Shown here: positions 28,170 through 35,891 of the stretch, piece after piece
Layout of the letters: every line of letters starts with the position of its first letter
How positions within the stretch are numbered: the first letter of the stretch is position 1
Assembly: GCA_045635725.1 (NCBI GenBank)
Contig: JAZTWF010000026.1
Location: 1-44,408, forward strand
Length of the DNA stretch: 44,408 nt
Reading direction: 5' to 3'
Origin: Candidatus Scatosoma sp.
GTDB lineage: Bacteria > Bacillota > Clostridia > Christensenellales > Borkfalkiaceae
The notes under the pieces: generated by a model
Told to the model about the DNA's origin: nothing
The model's input: only the letters and a program-made list of their open reading frames with translations
The model's database searches: none
Program-made: the position numbers and the translations under genes

Positions 28170-28367
28170 TTAAGATATTTGATTAACGACCAAAATTACG
28201 ACGAACACGACAAGCAAAATACCGCCTAATATCCAACGGATTTTACGCAAGGTCTTTTCGTCCATAGGAACGTATTCGCTATAATTACAAGCGGTGCATT
28301 TGCCGTTGTCCTGCATGGGTGATTTGCAACGGGGACAAATTTTTCTTTGGTTTTGTTGATTAGACAT
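28170..28367 (-). CDS. Zinc-ribbon membrane microprotein (hypothetical)
   Basis: 65 aa. CPRC...CTAC four-Cys ribbon then one C-terminal TM (WILGGILLVVFVVILVV). AAGGAGA SD. 14 nt downstream of cls. Confidence 0.6.
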   Translation of the reverse strand: MSNQQNQRKICPRCKSPMQDNGKCTACNYSEYVPMDEKTLRKIRWILGGILLVVFVVILVVNQIS

Positions 28368-28381
28368 AGATTTTCTCCTTA

Positions 28382-29986
28382 TTAAAATAAGTTTTCAAAC
28401 ACACGCAGCACGGCGTCGAATAATCCACCCAAAAATCCGCGTTTGCTGGTTTCTTCGTTGCAGGCTTTGGAAACGGCAAACGTTTCTTCGCAGTCACGCT
28501 TTAAGTCGGCAACCGCTTGACAGCCCGAAAAATACACGGCGTTTTCAAAGTGCAAATATAGGCTTCGATAATCGAAATTCATTGTTCCCACTACCGCATA
28601 TTCGTCGTCGCAAACTATGCTCTTAGAATGGATAAATCCAGGTGTGTATTCGTAAATTTTCACCCCAGCTTTCATGAGTACGGCATAGTTGGCGCGCGTT
28701 AAACGGTAAACCGCCTTTTTATCGGGTATCCCCGGCGTAACGATCCGCACGTCCACACCGCGGAATGCGGCGCGGCACAGCGAAGCGCGTAGCATATCGT
28801 CCAACACCAAATACGGCGTAAAGATATACACGTAATTCACCGCACGGTTGATAATGTCGACGTAAACCGTTTCCCCTGCGCTAATGGTATCCAAAGGCGA
28901 ATCGGCGTACGGCTGTAATCGGAAAGAAGTATTTTCTTCGGTATATTTTTCGGGAGTTTGGGGAATAAGATAATCGCGAATATCTTCTTTGTCTTTGCGG
29001 CAAGCGTTCCACATATAGAAAAACATGTGGATAAAGGACGCTACGGCGTTGCCCTTAATTCGCACGCCGCTATCCTTCCAGTAACCAAAGCGCACCTTTT
29101 CCCCGATATATTCGTCGGCAAGATTGATCCCACCCGTGAACGCTACTTTTCCGTCGATAACCAAAATTTTTCTATGATCGCGATTGTTCATGCGGACGGC
29201 GAACAGCGGCACGACGTTATTAAACGTCATACACTTGATATTTTCATGCAGGCTTTCCAAATACCGTTCGTAGTTGGGCGGCAGGGTCATCATACACCCG
29301 AAATCGTCGTAGATAATGCGGATTTGCACACCCTTTTCGGCTTTTTCACGCAGGATATCCAAAATGGAATACCACATTTTTCCGGGGGCGATAATAAAAT
29401 AATCCAGCAGGATAAACTTCTTTGCTTTTTGAAGCTCTTCTATCATAACGGGGAACATTTCTTCACCGCATTTATAATAGTCGATTTCCCCGTCGTAGAA
29501 TACGGGATAGTTACAATGCTCCGCCAAATACCGCGTAACGCCGTCGTGGCGGTCGTTTACCGTCGGCAACGGACGCGGACCGTAGTAGCTGTCCAGCTTT
29601 TCCAAATTGTCCCGTTTCGCCGCCGCGATTTGATAATTCATTTTCCGCGTAGGTCGGCCGTCGCCGTTGAATAAATACATGGCTACGCCGAATACAGGGA
29701 AAATCAAAATGAAAATAATCCAGCTCATTTTTGATGAAGGTCTATCGTTGCGGTTGATTAAATGCAAGACGAACACAAGTGCCAACGCCATAGACACCAC
29801 CTGCGCAATCGTCGCATACGGAGAGCCGTATGCAAACCACGTTAAAAATACCGCGTAAAAGCAAAGCTGCAAAAACACGGAAATCAGACAGGTAAAAAAA
29901 CGGCTATAAACGATTGCCTTATAGCTACGCTTATTTTCCATCGTCCGTTCTATTTTCTTTTTCTCACGGTTGCTAAGCGGTTTCAT
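28382..29986 (-). CDS. cls: Cardiolipin synthase (PLD superfamily)
   Basis: 534 aa. N-terminal TM helices and two HKD motifs (HRKILVIDG; HSKSIVCDDEYAVVGTMNFD). Confidence 0.9.
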   Translation of the reverse strand: MKPLSNREKKKIERTMENKRSYKAIVYSRFFTCLISVFLQLCFYAVFLTWFAYGSPYATIAQVVSMALALVFVLHLINRNDRPSSKMSWIIFILIFPVFGVAMYLFNGDGRPTRKMNYQIAAAKRDNLEKLDSYYGPRPLPTVNDRHDGVTRYLAEHCNYPVFYDGEIDYYKCGEEMFPVMIEELQKAKKFILLDYFIIAPGKMWYSILDILREKAEKGVQIRIIYDDFGCMMTLPPNYERYLESLHENIKCMTFNNVVPLFAVRMNNRDHRKILVIDGKVAFTGGINLADEYIGEKVRFGYWKDSGVRIKGNAVASFIHMFFYMWNACRKDKEDIRDYLIPQTPEKYTEENTSFRLQPYADSPLDTISAGETVYVDIINRAVNYVYIFTPYLVLDDMLRASLCRAAFRGVDVRIVTPGIPDKKAVYRLTRANYAVLMKAGVKIYEYTPGFIHSKSIVCDDEYAVVGTMNFDYRSLYLHFENAVYFSGCQAVADLKRDCEETFAVSKACNEETSKRGFLGGLFDAVLRVFENLF

Positions 29987-30006
29987 TTTCCTTTCCTTTA
30001 TTATAT

Positions 30007-30035
30007 ATTATAAGTATTTTTTGCGTTCTTGTCAA
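30007..30035 (-). promoter_or_regulatory. Consensus sigma-A promoter for cls
   Basis: Minus strand TTGACA-17 nt-TATAAT, about 20 nt upstream of the ATG. Confidence 0.7.
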
Positions 30036-30211
30036 CCCACGTTAAAAAGCGGGATAGGAAATTTTTGGCATTTTTTGTATTTTACTTGACTATTATATCC
30101 CTTTCTTGTTTGTAAATCATGTGTAAATTGTTAAAACTAAGTAAAAAATCTCCCTGTAAAACCAACTTTTTTCCAAAAGAAAAATTTTTTTGAAATTTTT
30201 GCAAAAAACTA

Positions 30212-30240
30212 TTGACAAACGGTAAATTTTGTATTATACT
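30212..30240 (+). promoter_or_regulatory. Sigma-A promoter for rubrerythrin
   Basis: TTGACA-17 nt-TATACT. AAGGAG SD at 30283-30288. Confidence 0.7.
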
Positions 30241-30247
30241 AATATCA

Positions 30248-30272
30248 GTTAATAAAACTAAATCCTATTAAC
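30248..30272 (+). promoter_or_regulatory. Inverted repeat in the rubrerythrin leader (candidate operator or leader hairpin)
   Basis: GTTAATA-11 nt-TATTAAC just downstream of the -10. A TATTA-TAC-TAATA palindrome overlaps the -10. Confidence 0.3.
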
Positions 30273-30295
30273 AGCAAAAATTAAGGAGTAAAATT

Positions 30296-30937
30296 ATGAA
30301 GAAATTTGAATGTAAAGTATGCCACTACGTACACGAAGGCGAAGGCGCACCCGAAGTTTGCCCCGTTTGCAAGCAAAGCGGTAAGTTTGAAGAAAGACCT
30401 GCGTTGAAGGGTTCGAAAACCGAACAAAACTTGATGCAAGCGTTCTCGGGCGAATCGCAAGCAAGAAACAAGTACACCTATTTTGCAAGCAAGGCAAGAA
30501 AGGAAGGCTTCGTACAAATCGCTGCGCTTTTCGAAGAAACGGCGAAGAACGAACAAGAACACGCAAAAATTTGGTTTAAGCTGCTCAACGGCGGTGAAAT
30601 CGGTACGACGGCGGAAAACCTTTTGGCTGCTGCGGAAGGCGAAAACTACGAATGGACGGATATGTACGCGGAATTTGCGAAGGTTGCTCGTGAAGAAGGC
30701 TTCAACGATATCGCTACCCTGTTCGACGGCGTTGCGGCGATTGAAAAGGAACACGAAGAAAGATACAGAAAGTTGCTTGCAAACGTAAAAGGCGACTTGG
30801 TATTCTCCAAGGAAGGCGAAGCCGTATGGCAATGCTCTAACTGCGGTCATATCGTGGTTGGCAAGAAAGCGCCCGAAGTTTGCCCCGTATGCGCGCATCC
30901 CCAAGCATACTTCCAAGTACGTGCGGAAAACTATTGA
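30296..30937 (+). CDS. rbr: Rubrerythrin with rubredoxin-like CxxC...CxxC domains at both termini
   Basis: 213 aa. N-terminal CKVC...CPVC. Ferritin-like four-helix core with di-iron ligand motifs ([33 protein letters not shown]). C-terminal CSNC...CPVC. Confidence 0.9.
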   Translation: MKKFECKVCHYVHEGEGAPEVCPVCKQSGKFEERPALKGSKTEQNLMQAFSGESQARNKYTYFASKARKEGFVQIAALFEETAKNEQEHAKIWFKLLNGGEIGTTAENLLAAAEGENYEWTDMYAEFAKVAREEGFNDIATLFDGVAAIEKEHEERYRKLLANVKGDLVFSKEGEAVWQCSNCGHIVVGKKAPEVCPVCAHPQAYFQVRAENY

Positions 30938-30964
30938 TTTTTCGGTAGACAATATAATTAAAAA

Positions 30965-30997
30965 ACACCCGACGCCCTTTCGTCGGGTGTTTTGCTT
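30965..30997 (+). terminator. Intrinsic terminator after rbr
   Basis: acacccgacg-cccttt-cgtcgggtgt followed by tttgctt. Confidence 0.75.
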
Positions 30998-31000
30998 ATG

Positions 31001-31030
31001 TATAAAAATACCCGACTGTTCGTCGGGTAT
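31001..31030 (-). terminator. Intrinsic terminator after trxA (usable on both strands)
   Basis: atacccgac-tgttc-gtcgggtat flanked by A/T runs on both sides. Confidence 0.7.
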
Positions 31031-31036
31031 CCTTTT

Positions 31037-31354
31037 TTATAAATTGTTTTCGACAAAGGCTTGCAGCGCTTCGGCAGGGACAAAGCCCAAATTATTCGCC
31101 GCCACTTTTCCGTCCTTAAAAATAAGCACGTTGGGAATGGACGAAATGCCGTACTGGATTGCCGCCGCTTCTTCTTCGTCGACGTTGACCTTGACAAATC
31201 TCGCCTTATCCCCTATCTTTTGGGCTACCGCTTCAAACGCAGGTGCAAGCATTCTACAAGGTCCGCACCAGCTTGCCCAAAAATCGCATACCACGGGTAC
31301 GGGAGACTCGGCAATAAGCTGTTCTAACTGTTGACTTGTTACGTGTTGTACCAT
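31037..31354 (-). CDS. trxA: Thioredoxin
   Basis: 105 aa from ATG 31354 (AAGGAGA SD). WCGPC active site. Confidence 0.92.
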   Translation of the reverse strand: MVQHVTSQQLEQLIAESPVPVVCDFWASWCGPCRMLAPAFEAVAQKIGDKARFVKVNVDEEEAAAIQYGISSIPNVLIFKDGKVAANNLGFVPAEALQAFVENNL

Positions 31355-31384
31355 AGTGTTTCTCCTTATCACAAATATTTTGGA

Positions 31385-32635
31385 TTACTTATCCGAAAAA
31401 TATGTTACTAGGTCAGCAAAAGCCACCTTTTCGCTTTCCCCGTTAGACATATTTTTCACGTTGACTGCGCCTTCGGCAAGCTCGTTACCGCCAAGCACCG
31501 CCACGTATTTTGCGCCGATTTTGTCGGCGTATTTGAACTGCGCTTTAATCGAACGCTCCATATGGTCGATTTCCGTTTTCACCCCTGCGCTACGCAAAGC
31601 CGCCGCCAAGCCAAACGCTTTTTTACGGCAATCGGTATCCATACCTGCAAGGTACACCGTCGGCGTTTCGGGTTCGGGGAAGTGCGCGCCCGTTTGTTGC
31701 ATGACCATAAGCAAACGCTCAATCCCTGCGGCAAACCCAACGGCAGGCGTAGGCGCGCCGCCAAGGCTTTGGATAAGCCCGTCGTATCTACCGCCGCCGC
31801 ATACCGTACCCTGCGCGCCGATATCGGTGGATACAAATTCAAACACCGTACGGGTGTAATAGTCAAGCCCACGTACGATACGGTTATTGATTTCGTACGC
31901 AATACCTGCTTGGGTTAAACATTCCTTGACGTCCTCAAAGTGCTTAGAACAATCTTCGCAAAGATAGTCCAGCATGCTCGGCGCGACGGCGTTGATTTTC
32001 TTACATTCTTCTTCCTTGCAATCCAAAAGGCGCAGGGGATTTTTTTCGTAACGCGTTTTGCAATCATAACACAGTTTGTCCAAATTAGGCGCAAAAAATT
32101 CCTTCAAAGCGCGATTGTAGTTAGCTCTGCAAGTGGGACAGCCGATAGAGTTGATATACAGCTTGACCTGTATACCCAGCTTTTTCAATAAAGTATCCGC
32201 CACTAAAATGGCTTCCGCGTCCGTTTGCGCGTCCTTCGCGCCGAAAATTTCCACGCCGAATTGATGAAATTCACGCAAGCGCCCTGCTTGGGGACGTTCG
32301 TAACGGAACGCAGGGATAATGTAATACATTTTTGCAGGCAACACGCCGCCGCTCATACCGTTTTCGATAAACGAACGCACGACTCCTGCCGTGCCTTCGG
32401 GCTTGAGCGTGATACTTCTATCCCCCTTGTCCTTGAACGTGTACATTTCCTTAGTAACGACGTCAGTGGTGTCGCCGACGCCGCGTTGGAACAGCTCCGT
32501 GTGTTCAAACACGGGGGTGCGGATTTCGTTGATATGGAAAAGCTTCGCCGTTTCTCTTGCTACGCTTTCCACGTATTGCCATTTATACGATTCGTTGGGC
32601 AAAACGTCTTTTGTGCCCTTGGGTACGTTGATCAT
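31385..32635 (-). CDS. hisS: Histidine--tRNA ligase
   Basis: 416 aa. Class II motifs (FRYERPQAGRLREFHQ, GGGRYDGL). N-terminus MINVPKGTKDVLP is typical of HisS. Confidence 0.95.
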   Translation of the reverse strand: MINVPKGTKDVLPNESYKWQYVESVARETAKLFHINEIRTPVFEHTELFQRGVGDTTDVVTKEMYTFKDKGDRSITLKPEGTAGVVRSFIENGMSGGVLPAKMYYIIPAFRYERPQAGRLREFHQFGVEIFGAKDAQTDAEAILVADTLLKKLGIQVKLYINSIGCPTCRANYNRALKEFFAPNLDKLCYDCKTRYEKNPLRLLDCKEEECKKINAVAPSMLDYLCEDCSKHFEDVKECLTQAGIAYEINNRIVRGLDYYTRTVFEFVSTDIGAQGTVCGGGRYDGLIQSLGGAPTPAVGFAAGIERLLMVMQQTGAHFPEPETPTVYLAGMDTDCRKKAFGLAAALRSAGVKTEIDHMERSIKAQFKYADKIGAKYVAVLGGNELAEGAVNVKNMSNGESEKVAFADLVTYFSDK

Positions 32636-32655
32636 AGGTATTCTCTCTCTTTATT

Positions 32656-33963
32656 TTATAAAACGTATTTGCGCAGGTTTCTATCGCCCGTGAGCTTTTG
32701 CAAATGCTCGTCGACGTATTTCCTGTCGATTTTTAAGGTGAACGTGGGATAATCGCCCCCTGCGTTGAAGGAAATATCTTCCAAAAGGTATTCCATAACG
32801 GTGTGCAATCTTCTTGCGCCGATATCTTCGGACGTGGCGTTGAGCTCTACCGACACTTCGGCAATCCGTTCGATTGCGCCTGCGTCAAATTGCAAATCAA
32901 TATGGTCCACGCTTAAAAGCTGTGCGTATTGGAAGGTAAGCGAATTTTCCGTTTCCGTCAAAATGCGCACGAAGTCTTCCTTCGTCAAGCTGTTTAATTC
33001 CACCGAAACGGGGAATCTACCCTGCAATTCGGGAATTAAATCTTCAATGGACGAAACGTGGAACGCCCCTGCCGCGATAAACAAAATGAAGTCCGTTTTC
33101 ACAGGTCCGTACTTGGTTACGACGGTACTGCCTTCTACGATAGGCAGGATATCGCGCTGTACCCCTTCACGGGAAACGTCCGCGCCGCTTTGGTTGCCCT
33201 TGCCCGCGATTTTATCAATTTCGTCGATAAACACGATACCGTCGTTTTCCGCGCGGTAGAGCGCTTCGCTCTTGATCGCGTCTTCGTCGACAAGCTTGGA
33301 AGATTCTTCTTCTAAGACGATTTGGAAGGCTTCTTTTACGGGGAATTTGCGTTTTTTCTTCTTTTGTTGGAACATATCCCCAAAGATACTGCCGATAGAG
33401 ATTGCCGCGCCGCCGGGGACTAATTCCATAGGTTGGGGATTGTCCATAACTTCCATTTCGATAACGAAGTTATCGTACAAGCCTTTGCGCAAGCCGTCTA
33501 AAAGATTGCTTTCAAAGACGTCTTTGGCAAGCTCGCCCTTTTCGTCCTTCTTGGCTTCGGCAAGCGCGCGGACAATGCGTTTTTCGGTTGCAAGAGTCGC
33601 TTTGGCTTTGACTTGCTCTTCCTTTTCGGCTTTGACAAGGCGGTACGCACATTCCGCTAAATCGCGAATCATACCTTCTACGTCCTTGCCTACGTACCCC
33701 ACTTCGGTGTACTTGGTGGCTTCTACCTTGACGAACGGGGCTTTGACAAGCTTGGCAAGACGGCGTGCAATTTCCGTTTTCCCGACCCCCGTAGGCCCTT
33801 TCATGATAATGTTTTTCGGCGTGATTTCTTCACGGATTTCCACAGGCAGCTGCGCGCGGCGGTAGCGGTTGCGAAGCGCAATTGCCACAGCCTTTTTCGC
33901 GTCGTCCTGTCCGATAATATATTTGTCTAATTTATAAACGATTTGCTTAGGGGATAAATCCAT
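32656..33963 (-). CDS. hslU: ATP-dependent protease ATPase subunit HslU
   Basis: 435 aa. LDKYIIGQDDAKKAVAIALRNRYRR, Walker [18 protein letters not shown]-domain, FIDEIDKI. Confidence 0.95.
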   Translation of the reverse strand: MDLSPKQIVYKLDKYIIGQDDAKKAVAIALRNRYRRAQLPVEIREEITPKNIIMKGPTGVGKTEIARRLAKLVKAPFVKVEATKYTEVGYVGKDVEGMIRDLAECAYRLVKAEKEEQVKAKATLATEKRIVRALAEAKKDEKGELAKDVFESNLLDGLRKGLYDNFVIEMEVMDNPQPMELVPGGAAISIGSIFGDMFQQKKKKRKFPVKEAFQIVLEEESSKLVDEDAIKSEALYRAENDGIVFIDEIDKIAGKGNQSGADVSREGVQRDILPIVEGSTVVTKYGPVKTDFILFIAAGAFHVSSIEDLIPELQGRFPVSVELNSLTKEDFVRILTETENSLTFQYAQLLSVDHIDLQFDAGAIERIAEVSVELNATSEDIGARRLHTVMEYLLEDISFNAGGDYPTFTLKIDRKYVDEHLQKLTGDRNLRKYVL

Positions 33964-34553
33964 TATACGTTGTCCCCCTTACTTTTTTTCGTCTTTTTCT
34001 TGGGCGTTTCTTGCGCTTGACCTACCGTTTCCATACGGATATTGTCGTTGGTGAACACGCAAATTTGCGACGCAATTTTTAACGCCTTTTGCGCAATCGT
34101 CGGCGCGTCGTAGTCCGTTTCCTGATACAAAGCGCGCGCCGCCGCCAACGCATAGTTGCCGCCGCTGCCGATAGCGCACACCCCTTCGTCGGGCTCAATC
34201 ACTTCGCCCGTACCCGATAAAATGAGCAGGGTGTTTTCGTCCGCCGTAATCATCATAGCGTCTAACTTTCTGCCAAGCTTGTCGCTTCTCCAAAGCTCCG
34301 CAAGCTCTACTGCCGAGCGCATGAGATTGCCCGAAAATTTATTTAACATACCTTCAAAGCGTTCGGTAAGCGCAAACGCGTCGGTAACGGAGCCCGCAAA
34401 GCCCAAAATGACTTTACCGCCGAAAATGCGGCGTACCTTTATCGCCGTGTTCTTAAAAATAACCGATTCCCCCATGGTAACCTGTCCGTCGCCGGCAATC
34501 GCCGTCACGCCGTTTTTCTTGACGGCGCAAATGGTCGTACCTCTAAATTCCAT
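33963..34553 (-). CDS. hslV: ATP-dependent protease subunit HslV (CodW-like), with a Lys-rich C-terminal tail
   Basis: 196 aa. [11 protein letters not shown]...AGDGQVT Ntn-hydrolase N-terminus. TAATG overlap with hslU. Confidence 0.92.
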   Translation of the reverse strand: MEFRGTTICAVKKNGVTAIAGDGQVTMGESVIFKNTAIKVRRIFGGKVILGFAGSVTDAFALTERFEGMLNKFSGNLMRSAVELAELWRSDKLGRKLDAMMITADENTLLILSGTGEVIEPDEGVCAIGSGGNYALAAARALYQETDYDAPTIAQKALKIASQICVFTNDNIRMETVGQAQETPKKKTKKSKGDNV

Positions 34554-34571
34554 AACTGTATTCTCCTGTCT

Positions 34572-35891
34572 TTACTCTTTGGAAAGCTCTTCTATCTTTT
34601 CCAACGCGCGCATCGCCATGGCTTTGTAGCGTTCCTTTTTATCCCGTATGCGCACGGGCATAGGCGTTAAAATACCGAAGTTGGCGTTCATGGGTTGGAA
34701 GTCCTTGGTCGGGGTAGAGATATGCGTTTGCAACGCGCCGCAAATTGTAGTATCGTCGAAACGTCTTGTCGGTTTTCCCTGTATTTCGTCTACGATAGCA
34801 ATTGCCGCAAGCAATCCGCTTGCCGCGCTTTCTACGTACCCTTCCACGCCCGTGATTTGCCCTGCGAAGAAAAGCTTTCTATTATTCTTAAACGCAAATT
34901 GCCTTGTTAAAACGTTTGGCGAATGAATAAACGTATTTCTATGCATAACGCCATAGCGTAAAAATTCCGCGTTTTTGAGTGCAGGTATCATGGAAAATAC
35001 CCGTTTTTGTTCGGGGAATTTCAAGTTGGTTTGAAACCCGACAAGGTTATACGCCGTACCCTGTTCGTTTTCCTTTCTAAGCTGTAACACAGCGTACGGG
35101 CGCGTACCGTCTTCATAGCAAAGCCCTACGGGCTTTAACGTGCCGAAACGCAGGGTATCCCTGCCACGGCTTGCCATGACTTCGACAGGCATACACCCTT
35201 CGAAAATTTCCCCTTTCTCAAATTCGTGCAAGTGCGCTTTTTCCGCTAAAAGGAGCGCGTCGACAAAGGCGTAGTATTCGTCCTTAGTCATGGGGCAGTT
35301 GATATAATCCCCCGTACCCTTGCCATATCTATCCCCCGTAAACGCTTGGGATAAATCGATACTCTCCGCCGAAACGATAGGCGCGGACGCGTCGAAAAAG
35401 TGCAATTCGCCGCCCGTTTTTTGCTTGATATCGTCAAATAAGCTATCGCTTGTCAACGGTCCTGTCGCTACGACGATATACGTATCCCCGTCTTCGTCTA
35501 CTTCGGGTAGAGCCGTTACTTCTTCCGCGCACACCGTCAAATTTTCACACGAACGTAATTTTTCCGTGACGTATGCGGAAAATTTGTCCCTATCCACGGC
35601 AAGCGCCGCACCTGCGGGTACACGCGTAGCGTCCGCCGCTTGCATGAGCATAGAGCCTAATCGGCGCATTTCTTCTTTCAAAAGTCCGCAAGCGTTGGCG
35701 TAAATATCGTTGTTTTTTAAGGAGTTGGAGCAAACAAGCTCTCCAAAATTTTCACTTTCATGCGCAGGGGTGAATTTCACGGGTTTCATATCGACAAGCG
35801 TCGTTTTAACCCCGTGCGTAGCCAAATAATACGCCGCTTCGCTGCCTGCAAGTCCGCCGCCGATTACGACGGCTTTATATACCTTTTCCAT
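34572..35891 (-). CDS. trmFO: Methylenetetrahydrofolate--tRNA-(uracil54-C5)-methyltransferase TrmFO (Gid)
   Basis: 439 aa. VIGGGLAGSEAA FAD motif, ELVCSNSLK, GQITGVEGYVESAASG. Confidence 0.92.
   Translation of the reverse strand: MEKVYKAVVIGGGLAGSEAAYYLATHGVKTTLVDMKPVKFTPAHESENFGELVCSNSLKNNDIYANACGLLKEEMRRLGSMLMQAADATRVPAGAALAVDRDKFSAYVTEKLRSCENLTVCAEEVTALPEVDEDGDTYIVVATGPLTSDSLFDDIKQKTGGELHFFDASAPIVSAESIDLSQAFTGDRYGKGTGDYINCPMTKDEYYAFVDALLLAEKAHLHEFEKGEIFEGCMPVEVMASRGRDTLRFGTLKPVGLCYEDGTRPYAVLQLRKENEQGTAYNLVGFQTNLKFPEQKRVFSMIPALKNAEFLRYGVMHRNTFIHSPNVLTRQFAFKNNRKLFFAGQITGVEGYVESAASGLLAAIAIVDEIQGKPTRRFDDTTICGALQTHISTPTKDFQPMNANFGILTPMPVRIRDKKERYKAMAMRALEKIEELSKE

Noticed and set aside
30119-30193. 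24-codon ORF (MCKLLKLSKKSPCKTNFFPKEKFF) in the AT-rich cls/rbr intergenic spacer.
   Set aside because: No SD, low-complexity sequence in AT-rich DNA. Most likely a chance ORF.
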